Source of the DNA: Bacteriovoracia bacterium
GTDB taxonomy: Bacteria > Bdellovibrionota > UBA1018 > JBFWNL01
Direction: 5' to 3'
NCBI GenBank assembly: GCA_050251055.1
Contig: JBFWNL010000001.1
Location: 491,825-555,824 of the forward strand
DNA length: 64,000 nt
In this document: piece by piece, positions 50,684 through 61,383 of the stretch
How positions within the stretch are numbered: position 1 is the stretch's first letter
How the letters are laid out: every line of letters begins with the position of its first letter
Program-made: the position numbers and the translations under genes
Notes under the pieces: model-generated
Seen by the model: the letters and a program-made list of their open reading frames with translations, nothing else
Told to the model about the DNA's origin: nothing
Databases searched by the model: none

Positions 50684-50687
<4 letters not shown>
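49914..50687 (-). CDS. sdhB: Succinate dehydrogenase/fumarate reductase iron-sulfur subunit
   Basis: [31 protein letters not shown]. Confidence 0.94.
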
Positions 50688-52617
<1,930 letters not shown>

Positions 52618-52621
<4 letters not shown>

Positions 52622-53316
52622 GGCGTGCCTCCCACGTACATGTAAATGGGGATGATGAAAAACCCCCCTGCGAGCAGGATCGCCAACACGAGACTCGCCT
52701 TATATACGTGCGAGGAAAATCCCTGGTGGGTCACGCCCATCGATTGGAATGCGCTCCAGATCCCGTGACGAAGGTGAAAGCCCAGGACGAGCATGCAGGC
52801 GCAGTAAAGCGCGACGTACCAAGGATTTTGGAAGGTCTCGGCGACCAGACGGTACATGTCCCGGATCGGCCGGTCCGGATTGGACGTGTCAACGTACCCC
52901 TGCTGCACGCCCGCGCCCAACTTGAACTGCAAAATATGAAATACCAAGAAGGCCGCCAGAAACGCGCCCAGCAAACCCATGTTACGTGAAGAAAGCGTCG
53001 ACTTCGAAGGCCCGCCCTTCGTGCGCTCGACCGCGTATCCGACGGGGCGCGCACGCTTGGATTCCAAGCTCAGCGAAACGGATGCCCAGATGTGAACGAG
53101 GAACATGAGAGCCAAGCCCACTTCCGCGACCTCGAGCAGCCAACCATAATTGGCCAAGCTCTGCGTGTATTGATTGATGGGACCGGGAACCAGCGCCAGG
53201 AGATTGAAATTACCCACGAGGTGCGTGATGACGAAACCGACCAACCCCAACCCCGTGACCGCCATAATGTACTTCTTCCCCACGGAAGAAGTCACTGCCT
53301 TCAAGAATGGGTTCAT
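52618..53316 (-). CDS. sdhC: Succinate dehydrogenase cytochrome b558 subunit
   Basis: MAVTG, HLVGN, FHILQF, HLRHG..SAFQS; 5 TMs. Confidence 0.92.
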
Positions 53317-53360
53317 TCTTAAATAACAACGCTTTCCCGTGAGAGTGTCAATGATAATGT

Positions 53361-54431
53361 CTACTTAGTGCGGCGCAAAAAGAAATCCACGCCCATGTCC
53401 AGGCTTTGGGCTTTGATTACCCACTCCCCCCGGATTTGCTCCATCCGTGCGGAGAAATCGAAATCGACCGTGGAAGAAGCGGATGGCGATACCGCCGGCG
53501 AGGAAGCCGTGGGGGCCGGAGCGGGAAGCGATAGATTCGTGCGCTTGAAAACCCCTTTGGCGAGACTGTCGGAAAGCCCGCCACGGGCCAGGAACGTCAA
53601 AGGGGCGTCAGCGGCGGGTTTCGCGCGCTCCACCCTCACGAGCTTCAACTTGCGCCCCCCTTGATCTGGCAGTTCAATCTCTCCTTCGAGCGACGGGTGG
53701 TCCTTCCCCAGGTTGATGATCAAGAGCGTGACTCGCTCCGTGACAAACCCTGGGGACGCTTTCGCGTCGGCTTTAGCGACCGCCTTGCCGCCCTTCTGGC
53801 TCACCGCCTTGGGTTCCCATTTCGGATCGAGCATTACCGCGGTCCCCGTCCACGAACCTTCCCAAGGGGGATCGGTCTTGGCGCCATCGCGGATAGGCAG
53901 CTCTTGAAACTTACCCTGCAGGCGCGCGTGCACCCACGTTTCTTTTTCATTTTGTTTATACTGCGTCAGGGTCTCGCGTACCGCCGCGCTATCGGGCATG
54001 AAATCCTGGATCGCTTTCGCCGCAAGAAAACGCGTCTGTACGTCCTCGTGCGTGAGAAAGCTTGAGACGAACGGAAGCTCCTTCACGCCTTGCGCGCGCG
54101 CGAGGGACGCCAGCGCCGTATGACGAATGGCCGAGGGGCCATCCGTCGCCTGGCGTTTCAAAAAATCCGCCGCGTCGGCGTCGTCGAACCATTGCAGACC
54201 GTTCAGCAACCGTACGCGCCGATAAGTCGCGCTCGTTTCTTCAAACATCTTGATGATCACGGCCGACGTGCCGGCGCCCATGCTACGCCAAGTTTCTGCG
54301 GTTTCGGTCGGATGCCGTTGGCTGAGCACCTCGTTGATCGAGTGGCGAATTTCTGTTTCACCGGCGTAAGCCCGCGCACCAAGCCCCGCGCCGTCGAACA
54401 GCCAAAAGCCCAACGCGAGCCAGATCACCAT
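53361..54431 (-). CDS. HEAT-repeat-like protein with a probable signal peptide
   Basis: IRHTALASLA and DVQTRFLAAKAI repeats; ATG at 54431 overlaps the upstream stop. Confidence 0.6.
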   Translation of the reverse strand: MVIWLALGFWLFDGAGLGARAYAGETEIRHSINEVLSQRHPTETAETWRSMGAGTSAVIIKMFEETSATYRRVRLLNGLQWFDDADAADFLKRQATDGPSAIRHTALASLARAQGVKELPFVSSFLTHEDVQTRFLAAKAIQDFMPDSAAVRETLTQYKQNEKETWVHARLQGKFQELPIRDGAKTDPPWEGSWTGTAVMLDPKWEPKAVSQKGGKAVAKADAKASPGFVTERVTLLIINLGKDHPSLEGEIELPDQGGRKLKLVRVERAKPAADAPLTFLARGGLSDSLAKGVFKRTNLSLPAPAPTASSPAVSPSASSTVDFDFSARMEQIRGEWVIKAQSLDMGVDFFLRRTK

Positions 54432-56164
54432 ATGAAAGGATTGTACTTCATTACCGCCGAGGATTGCGTGGAGAACATCACGCCGTCGCCGTTCGTCGTC
54501 CCGGATTCGTAATTCTTGCCGGTGTACCACATCATATGGTTGAACTGGCACTCCTCTACGAGTGGGCAAAGGGTCACCCCACCCACGGGATTCGAGTCGT
54601 AATTCGAGCAATAAGTCGTGTTCTGGCCGCAGGTAAAACCGGTCGAAGCCTGCTGGCTGCTCGAAAGGCACATATTGTGGCTAAGATTAACCGAACTCGA
54701 CGCATTGTGCACGACGGGGGTATCCGGAATGTGATCCTGCCCGGAGAGCGCACTAGTCGAAACCCCTTCCGAAGGATGGTTCAAACCCAGATAGTGGCCA
54801 ATCTCGTGCGAGATGGTGGCGCCCATATCACGGAAGTCGTTGGTCTGGCTCGTGACCGCGCAAGTGCCTGTGCCGTTACAGCTCGGGTTGGCGGTGGCGA
54901 GCTCATCGAAGCTCGAAAACGCAAGTCCACTGGCGCCCGTGCCATTGATCAGCGGACCGCGAATCGTGCCCGCTATGCCGAGAACGGTTCCCCCGCCGGT
55001 GCAGGTAGAGCATGGAAGGGTCGAGACCAAGAACACATTGAGCGCCTTGCCTTCCGTATCCGCCGGCACGACGGCGCTACCCGCCGCGAGCAACTTGCCC
55101 AAGTAGTTCACGTCCAGGTTGGCGTATTGATCGCCATGATCCGGTAGATCCCAATCGTAAGCGTTGATAGTGCCTAGTTTTACCCCAGGGCCCGGGGAGC
55201 TGGCATTGTAGTGGGCATAGACGTGATTGAAAAGTGCATTCAGGTTTTGCTGTCCCTTGGCGGTGGCGGCGTCAGCAATGTTCTTGCTGCCCACCATGAT
55301 GACATTCAAATCCACGGCGCGCGATCCGGTCCCGGAGTCTTTCTTCTTCACCACGGTGACTTCAATATCTGCGTAGTAAGTACCGGTGTTGAGCGAAATA
55401 TAACTATCGGCAATGACCACGTACTTGGCGGTATACGTGCCTTGCCGAAGCTTACCACCACTAAAGAACCCGCCGTGCGTTACCCCACCGTTGGCGCTGT
55501 TGTTCGAATTGAAATAGCATTTTTCGCGGGCGCCCACCGTCGCGTTCGTCCAGTTACAGTTGGGAAACGTGTTCGTGGAAATGCGGCCGGTGTCCGGCGC
55601 CTGGTGCTGAATCCACTGTTGGCGGCTAATGTAAGCGCTGGGCGCGGTAACGCTGCCACCCACCGAGTCGATAGTGGTAGTGCATCCGCTTTGATCGTAA
55701 CCACACGAGCTGCCCGAACAGGAGAAGTACCCCGCCGCCGCGCAGTCACTGCCGGTACCTGCACGGCGCGTGCTCACCAGATCGTCAGTGCCGTCACTCA
55801 ACGAAACTAGCATCGGCCATGCACTGCCGGAAAGATTAGAGGGGTAGTTCACCACCCGGGCCATGAGGGTGACCGAACCGTAAGTATCTAGGTCCGAACT
55901 CACGCTAAACGAAACGCTCACCTCGCGATCGGCTCCCGCGGGTTGCGCCATGCCCGTGACCTTCGCCCGGCCGGTTAAGACCGTCTTTGTGATTTCGGTA
56001 GTCGTGCCGTGATTCGAAGCGCTCGCCCCCGTCACGTTGGGAACCCAACTGGAAGTCACAAGCGTATTGACGACAGAAGTTTTGGGCTCCTCGTCCTTCG
56101 AGCAGCCGCTCACGAGCAGCCCGAGCAAGAGGCTCGGCAGCAGTAGCGCAGAAGTCGATTTCAT
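54425..56164 (-). CDS. Lipoprotein zinc metalloprotease (metzincin, M43/pappalysin-like)
   Basis: Lipobox VSGC; HEIGHYLGLNH zinc motif; Met-turn NHMMW; Cys-rich. Confidence 0.8.
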   Translation of the reverse strand: MKSTSALLLPSLLLGLLVSGCSKDEEPKTSVVNTLVTSSWVPNVTGASASNHGTTTEITKTVLTGRAKVTGMAQPAGADREVSVSFSVSSDLDTYGSVTLMARVVNYPSNLSGSAWPMLVSLSDGTDDLVSTRRAGTGSDCAAAGYFSCSGSSCGYDQSGCTTTIDSVGGSVTAPSAYISRQQWIQHQAPDTGRISTNTFPNCNWTNATVGAREKCYFNSNNSANGGVTHGGFFSGGKLRQGTYTAKYVVIADSYISLNTGTYYADIEVTVVKKKDSGTGSRAVDLNVIMVGSKNIADAATAKGQQNLNALFNHVYAHYNASSPGPGVKLGTINAYDWDLPDHGDQYANLDVNYLGKLLAAGSAVVPADTEGKALNVFLVSTLPCSTCTGGGTVLGIAGTIRGPLINGTGASGLAFSSFDELATANPSCNGTGTCAVTSQTNDFRDMGATISHEIGHYLGLNHPSEGVSTSALSGQDHIPDTPVVHNASSSVNLSHNMCLSSSQQASTGFTCGQNTTYCSNYDSNPVGGVTLCPLVEECQFNHMMWYTGKNYESGTTNGDGVMFSTQSSAVMKYNPFIW

Positions 56165-56505
56165 CCGATCCAACACGCGTGAACCTTCCTTTGGAAAAGC
56201 ACCTTTAATACTCATCGGTACGGCGTCTCTAAGCTTCACATTGCGCAGAGTCATTTTTTCACTAACGCTCAACGTTAACTCCGCAATTTCGTAGTTATAA
56301 TCCTTATTTTAGAGGGTTTTATGACGCTTCGCAACGTGTCAACCCGTCCCGCTTGATTCACGCATGGAAACTACGCCTTAGAAAACTGTGTCCGAGCGGA
56401 CTCATCCCTACGGGACACACGGGCTGGGCTTTGACAGTGCTCAAGAGCTGGTCAGCATAAAAATGAAAAGGACAAAAGCCTGAGTTTAAAGCGAGCGCGC
56501 CGAGG

Positions 56506-56522
56506 CAGGTACCGCTCTTGCA
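56506..56522 (+). promoter_or_regulatory. Putative sigma54 promoter
   Basis: CAGGTACCGCTCTTGCA: GG-N10-GC with TTGCA at -12, ending 39 nt before ATG 56562. Confidence 0.45.
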
Positions 56523-56561
56523 GCCTCTAGAATTACGTTCGGGGCATTAAGGCAAGGGTAC

Positions 56562-57266
56562 ATGGGCCAGTTAAAACGATGCTTCGGTGGCGCGCTCGTC
56601 GCTGCCTGGATTGCCGCCGGCGTGTCCGGCGTCGCTCACGCGAAAAACGCTCGTGCGAGTCAACCTACCGTGAAGACGGCGAAAGCCGCTTCGCTTAAGC
56701 CAAAGAAGAAACTGAAACCCGTGAAAGCGGTGGCGAGCGCGTCACTAAAATCAAAGGCGGCGGGTAAACCTTTAAAGAAGGCCGCAACAAATAAGAAACA
56801 CGCGTCGACCCGAGTCACGCGACGAAAACCGGTCAAGCCAGACCCTTCCGCTAACGTGATCGCCCAGGCGATCGCCACGAGCGAAGCGCCTCCCGGAAAA
56901 TTTCATCCGTTCATCCGAACGGCGCCGCGTATGGAGACTCTCCCGGCTTCGCACCTGTTGAAGACGGCGAAGAAGGGGACGCCTCCCCCGCCCCGGCGGC
57001 CGAAGCTCGAAGCCAATCCTTGGATGCGGGACTTTTTTGAAAACGCGGGCGTCTCCGCCAAGGGCGATCCAGATCTACAGACGCTCTCCGGCGATCAGGC
57101 GGAGCCACCCACACCCGGGACCTCGGATCCCACGCTCAATCTCGACGCCACGGATACCACTCAGCACGAAGCACCGGATGCCGATCCGACTACAGCGTCG
57201 CGGGCGCCGGCCGCCGTGGCAGAACCCATTTACGACGAAGAAAGCTTCATCATTCGCGGCCAATAG
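56562..57266 (+). CDS. Secreted low-complexity protein (Lys/Ala-rich N-half, acidic C-half)
   Basis: Signal peptide ending AHA; KPKKKLKPVK-type basic tract; Asp/Pro/Thr tail. Confidence 0.65.
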   Translation: MGQLKRCFGGALVAAWIAAGVSGVAHAKNARASQPTVKTAKAASLKPKKKLKPVKAVASASLKSKAAGKPLKKAATNKKHASTRVTRRKPVKPDPSANVIAQAIATSEAPPGKFHPFIRTAPRMETLPASHLLKTAKKGTPPPPRRPKLEANPWMRDFFENAGVSAKGDPDLQTLSGDQAEPPTPGTSDPTLNLDATDTTQHEAPDADPTTASRAPAAVAEPIYDEESFIIRGQ

Positions 57267-57627
57267 CGGCACGTTTTCGCGGATGGGGCTTGCGCTCTAG
57301 CGGAACTTTTCGCTCCTCACTCGAGGGACTCCGCCGCTCATCGGCCTCATCCGGTTCGTACTCCCCCTCGCACCGATGGTAGTCAACGACCACGGCATGC
57401 GCGCAGGCGCTATGATTTTGGATCGCACGATCGGAAAGCCCGGGCCAAAAACAGTGCCCACCTTCATCCGGGTCGTCAGGATCGGACGTCCAATCACCGC
57501 CCGTATCCACGCAGCATCTAAAGTAGCCCTTTAGGAGTTGGCCACGGCACCCCGGGCTCGCAATCGACACCGAATCCGCCCACGTCGCCACCAAAAGCAA
57601 TACCAAGCCGAACTGAATCGCGCTCAA
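57250..57627 (-). CDS. Secreted Cys-rich miniprotein (C-x10-CC ... C-x10-C)
   Basis: TTG start overlaps the pilin-like gene stop; hydrophobic leader; 6 Cys; similar to 59306..59689. Confidence 0.6.
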   Translation of the reverse strand: MSAIQFGLVLLLVATWADSVSIASPGCRGQLLKGYFRCCVDTGGDWTSDPDDPDEGGHCFWPGLSDRAIQNHSACAHAVVVDYHRCEGEYEPDEADERRSPSSEERKVPLERKPHPRKRAAIGRE

Positions 57628-58739
57628 TCGGCGAACCCCGCCAGAGTCACGCGCATGCTGCCCCACCCGCCGGTGGTGAAGCCGGACCAGTAGACATTTT
57701 TATCCGGGGTCGACTGATCGATCGGCACACGAATCTCCGCCGACATCGAAGCCGCGAACGCGCCATCATCCCCACGGTTGTAAGCCACGACGTTACGCAG
57801 CTTTTTCCAACGCTGCGGCCGCACCACCGCATTGGAATCCGAGAAAACCGCGATGGAAAACCGCGGTTTGCCAGGGCCACACCCGCCCGGGTTGCCGTTC
57901 GCCATCTCGACGTAAACGTTCAGAATCGCCGTCTTTGCATTGCGCCCGGGAAAGTGAGTCGCCTGCAGGGTCGCGGTCGGAATCGCTTGCCACGCGGGAG
58001 GCGCCGTATACCCCGGATCACCCGGCATCGGCGTCTCCCAAAGCGGCGGGAACTGGCAGTCGTGCGGGACGAATCCCCAACTCGGCAATGAAGTAGGTGG
58101 AGAAGTCTCGGGCCCGATCTCCACTAAGAGCGGCAGTAACGCCCCCTTGATCAACTCTTCAGAATGCACGAGCACGCTTGCGGTCCCGCCCGAAAAATTT
58201 GGATTCGTGGAGCATGAAGTAAGCACCCCTTCCGCGTCGGTATCTAATGAAAGAGGAACCGAGAGCGAGACCGGTGATAATCCAGGCCGGGCGGCGCTTA
58301 AATTCAGACTCGCCACGTAACGGGTACCGCCGGGATTGCTCGAGGGTGGGAGATTACGCAAGTTTCGATCCAGCTCCGTCAGGACGACCGAGAAGTTCGC
58401 AGTCGATGGTACCGACTGTCCGCCCACTAAAATATGGTGAAAGTTCGTGCGAAACCCGCGTCCCACTTCCACCCGCACGACCTCGCTACTACCTGCGGGC
58501 ACACGCATACCTGCATCGTCCGGTGGCGTGTACCCTATGAGCGCACGCGCGCAGTAGGCGGGGTCGTTCAAAGCCATGCGCACGAGGTTAGCGGTGTCTT
58601 GCAAACCTTGCCCGACCCACGCCGCATGCGAGAGCTTTTGGCTGTTGAGCTGGCCCGTGGACAGCGCATAGAGACCAATGATTCCGAGCGACATTCCGAG
58701 TAGAATTTCGATCAGCGTGAATCCCCGATTGTTCTTCAT
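57624..58739 (-). CDS. Prepilin-type N-terminal cleavage/methylation domain protein (large pilin-like)
   Basis: MKNNRG|FTLIE class III signal peptide; 371 aa. Confidence 0.85.
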   Translation of the reverse strand: MKNNRGFTLIEILLGMSLGIIGLYALSTGQLNSQKLSHAAWVGQGLQDTANLVRMALNDPAYCARALIGYTPPDDAGMRVPAGSSEVVRVEVGRGFRTNFHHILVGGQSVPSTANFSVVLTELDRNLRNLPPSSNPGGTRYVASLNLSAARPGLSPVSLSVPLSLDTDAEGVLTSCSTNPNFSGGTASVLVHSEELIKGALLPLLVEIGPETSPPTSLPSWGFVPHDCQFPPLWETPMPGDPGYTAPPAWQAIPTATLQATHFPGRNAKTAILNVYVEMANGNPGGCGPGKPRFSIAVFSDSNAVVRPQRWKKLRNVVAYNRGDDGAFAASMSAEIRVPIDQSTPDKNVYWSGFTTGGWGSMRVTLAGFAD

Positions 58740-58839
58740 ACTACCACCCCAATACGATCGCGAAGCTCAACGAAACCGTGAAAAACCGAGCGATCATTTT
58801 CCTCTATTCGCCGGCCCGATCTCCACTGACCGCGGAAGC

Positions 58840-59196
58840 TCATCCCAGGTAGATCTTCCGGCAAAGTCGACGAAACTCGTGATAACCCTTGACGCATTCT
58901 TCCGCGTCGACCGCTCCTCCCCGTAAACACCCCGTCAGTGCTGGCACCAGGCTCTGATAACAACCCGCCAGTCCTGGATTGATCCGATTGGGGTTCGGCA
59001 CATCGGAACGTTCTTCTTGCGGCAGCTCCGGGTAATCCCCCAGAAAACTCGGCAAATATCTAGGCACCACAACCTCAGCGAGAGTAGCGTCCGCCCCGTG
59101 AGCTAGATACGAACGACCCTGCATAATACCCTCAACGCCCAACAGATGAACCCCCAAGACCAAACCCACACTCACCCCAAACCGCTTGAACTTCAT
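58840..59196 (-). CDS. Secreted Cys miniprotein (C-x10-C-x10-C-x10-C)
   Basis: MKFKRF leader; GGACGGAG RBS; four Cys at the C-terminus. Confidence 0.65.
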   Translation of the reverse strand: MKFKRFGVSVGLVLGVHLLGVEGIMQGRSYLAHGADATLAEVVVPRYLPSFLGDYPELPQEERSDVPNPNRINPGLAGCYQSLVPALTGCLRGGAVDAEECVKGYHEFRRLCRKIYLG

Positions 59197-59231
59197 TACT
59201 CCGTCCCTTTCGCTTAAAGAAAATTCAACTC

Positions 59232-59281
59232 ATTTGAAATAAGGCCGGCGGCGGAATAACGTGCGAGGGACGCCGCCGGCC
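59232..59281 (-). terminator. GC hairpin plus U-rich tract (terminator-like), element A
   Basis: 11-bp perfect stem 59243-59253/59271-59281; TTATTT follows on the minus strand. Confidence 0.55.
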
Positions 59282-59305
59282 ACGGACTCAGCCCGTTTTC
59301 AAAAA

Positions 59306-59689
59306 TCACTCAGCATCATAAATTTCAATTTCGTTCTCTCCAGACTTCATTTGAATAGCGCCGTCGTGAGGAACTACGATCGGAAGATCGTCAGAGGGTT
59401 CGTACCAAGTGCGACCGTTCCCGCGGCATTCGATGAGCGCACGCTTAGCTCGGGCGATGCACTCTCTTTCGCCATCTTGACGATCACGCGGGATCGAACC
59501 CCGCAAACACCTGCCCTCCTCATCCACTTTTCCACCCGACCCGAGGCAACAGTTCTGCACCTTGACCGAGTACTGATCGTTGCAACTTGGAATGAGGTGC
59601 ACCCCGGAAGCTTCCGCCCCGCCGGAACCAGCGTGAATTCCGACGACCACACAAACCATAAGTACTACTTTTAATTGATTGAGTTTCAT
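59306..59689 (-). CDS. Secreted Cys-rich miniprotein (C-x10-CC ... C-x10-C)
   Basis: Signal peptide ending AEA; GAGGGG RBS; 6 Cys in the mature part. Confidence 0.65.
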   Translation of the reverse strand: MKLNQLKVVLMVCVVVGIHAGSGGAEASGVHLIPSCNDQYSVKVQNCCLGSGGKVDEEGRCLRGSIPRDRQDGERECIARAKRALIECRGNGRTWYEPSDDLPIVVPHDGAIQMKSGENEIEIYDAE

Positions 59690-59710
59690 AACTATCCCCT
59701 CTATTCGTTA

Positions 59711-60133
59711 CTAGTTATTGACCGCACGAAAAGCGGCTCCGCAGCCCTTCAAGCATTCGTTAAAGCCCTTGGTCGCAACCTTGTGACAACGCTCCCTGGC
59801 CTGCGCGTTCGTGGCTCGTTCACAAAGATCGTCACTGAGCCAAAAATTATAGGCACAGCAGTCGACGCAAGTTTGGTGTTGTGCGAGATATTGCTCTGGA
59901 TCCTGGGGCCACGAAGGCGCCACGCACTTCATAGGTACGCCGGGCGGAGGCGAGTCGATCGCGGGAATCTCCCGCTGTCCGTATACTCCTCCGCTCGCTT
60001 GCAGCGCAGGAGCCCCGCCCTCATCGAGATCCGCGTGATCAAACTCAAATGCTTTTGCCGAAGGCATCACCGCCAACACGGTCAAAAGCGACAACCACCC
60101 TATTCCGATTCTATCGATCTTTCCGTCCTTCAT
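59711..60133 (-). CDS. Secreted Cys-rich miniprotein (C-x2-CC-x10-C-x11-C-x10-C-x3-C)
   Basis: Signal peptide ending AKA; GAGGGGG RBS before ATG 60133. Confidence 0.65.
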   Translation of the reverse strand: MKDGKIDRIGIGWLSLLTVLAVMPSAKAFEFDHADLDEGGAPALQASGGVYGQREIPAIDSPPPGVPMKCVAPSWPQDPEQYLAQHQTCVDCCAYNFWLSDDLCERATNAQARERCHKVATKGFNECLKGCGAAFRAVNN

Positions 60134-60154
60134 TTTCGATCCCCCTCTTCGTTC

Positions 60155-60231
60155 AAAAATCAAAAAATAAGCACGGTCGGCGGCAAATGGGTTTTTGGGA
60201 TTTGGGCCACATGGTTTCCGCCGCCGACCGT
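60155..60231 (-). terminator. GC hairpin plus U tract in the 5' leader (attenuator-like), element B
   Basis: 12-bp perfect stem 60173-60184/60220-60231, followed on the minus strand by GCTTATTTTTTGATTTTT. Confidence 0.5.
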
Positions 60232-60277
60232 TCACTGGGTAAAACTTCTTTTGAATCCCTCGTTCGTCCGTGAATCC

Positions 60278-60306
60278 AGCTTACTAATTCGGTGCGTCAT
60301 AGTCAA
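60278..60306 (-). promoter_or_regulatory. Putative sigma70 promoter for the miniprotein cluster
   Basis: Minus strand TTGACT-17 nt-TAAGCT, with an AT-rich tract upstream. Confidence 0.45.
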
Positions 60307-60426
60307 ATATTTTTTTATATTTGTATTCGTTTTAAATTTATTTTTAAAAATTATCTTTAATATTCATATAATTAATTCCGATATAGACTATTGAATACAT
60401 ATAAAATAAAATTTTTGTATTCACTT

Positions 60427-61284
60427 ATGGCATTGCTCAAGCCGGATGTGCATCATTACAACGACCCGCTGAAGTTTCTACGGGACTGGTTCGCCTATCA
60501 GAAGGATTTGAACCCTGAGTTCTCCCTCCGCGCCTTTTCTAAGTCGGCGAGGCTTTCGGTAGGGTTCCTCCCCATCATTCTCAACGGCAAGCGCACGCTC
60601 ACGGAACGCGCGCTGGAACGCATTCTCCCCCCGATGGACCTTACCCTGGCGGAGGCGAACTTCCTGCGCTCGCTGCGGAAGCTCGCGCATTCACGCGACC
60701 GCGGCGAGCGGCGTACCGGCTTCCAATCCCTGCAGAAATATCAAATCTATCGCCGCCTCAACCCGAAGGAATTCGAAGTCTACCGCTACCTGAGCCGGTG
60801 GTTCTACGTCGTCATCCGCGAAATGGCGGATATGAGCCATTTTCAGCTGGATGCGGAATGGATTCGCGAACACCTCACCTACCCGGTGCCACTGACCGAA
60901 ATCCAAAAGGCTATTCGATTTCTCGTCGAGCATGGTTTTATCGAGCCCGCCTCCGGCGGCGCCCAGCCCGCCGCCAAGAAGGACAAACACATCACCTGTA
61001 ATGATGCGGTCTACCGCGTGGCAATGGCGGCGTACCACCAGTCCATGCTGAAGCTCGTCGCCGACTCGGTCGAAACCGTTGAGCGCGAACGCCGTCACAT
61101 CATGGGGATCACCGTCGGCATGGATGAGGCCACCTTTACCGAGGTGAAGGCGCTGATCGAATCGACGGTGGCCCGCATCCGTGAACTCACCGAAAAAGTC
61201 ACCCCTCGCCAAGCGGTGTACTATGTAACCCTCGCCGCCGTGCCGATGGCCGAACAAATCCAAGACCCCGAAAAAGCATCTTAA
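60427..61284 (+). CDS. TIGR02147 family protein (HTH-like N-terminus plus DUF4423-like region), putative regulator
   Basis: FLRDWF..QK..NPEFSLRAFS..ARLS..L..ILNGKR..T, WFYVVIRE, YHQSML, VYYVTL pattern. Confidence 0.85.
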   Translation: MALLKPDVHHYNDPLKFLRDWFAYQKDLNPEFSLRAFSKSARLSVGFLPIILNGKRTLTERALERILPPMDLTLAEANFLRSLRKLAHSRDRGERRTGFQSLQKYQIYRRLNPKEFEVYRYLSRWFYVVIREMADMSHFQLDAEWIREHLTYPVPLTEIQKAIRFLVEHGFIEPASGGAQPAAKKDKHITCNDAVYRVAMAAYHQSMLKLVADSVETVERERRHIMGITVGMDEATFTEVKALIESTVARIRELTEKVTPRQAVYYVTLAAVPMAEQIQDPEKAS

Positions 61285-61383
61285 GTGCTTGTAATATTTT
61301 AGCTATTATTATGACGCAGCTTAACAATTTCGCGCTTATTTCACTCTATAATGTAAGGGAAGCTTTGTTGCTAGGGGGCCTAT

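Noticed and set aside
56440-56522. Possible c-di-GMP-I riboswitch (GGACAAAAGCC...TTTAA...GGTACC)
   Set aside because: Lacks the GGCAAA start and a GNRA-capped stem; only loose similarity. An Infernal search would settle it.
57250-60231. Integron cassette array or CRISPR interpretation of the small genes and hairpins
   Set aside because: No intI or cas genes, no RYYYAAC/GTTRRRY attC ends seen, and only two degenerate repeats.
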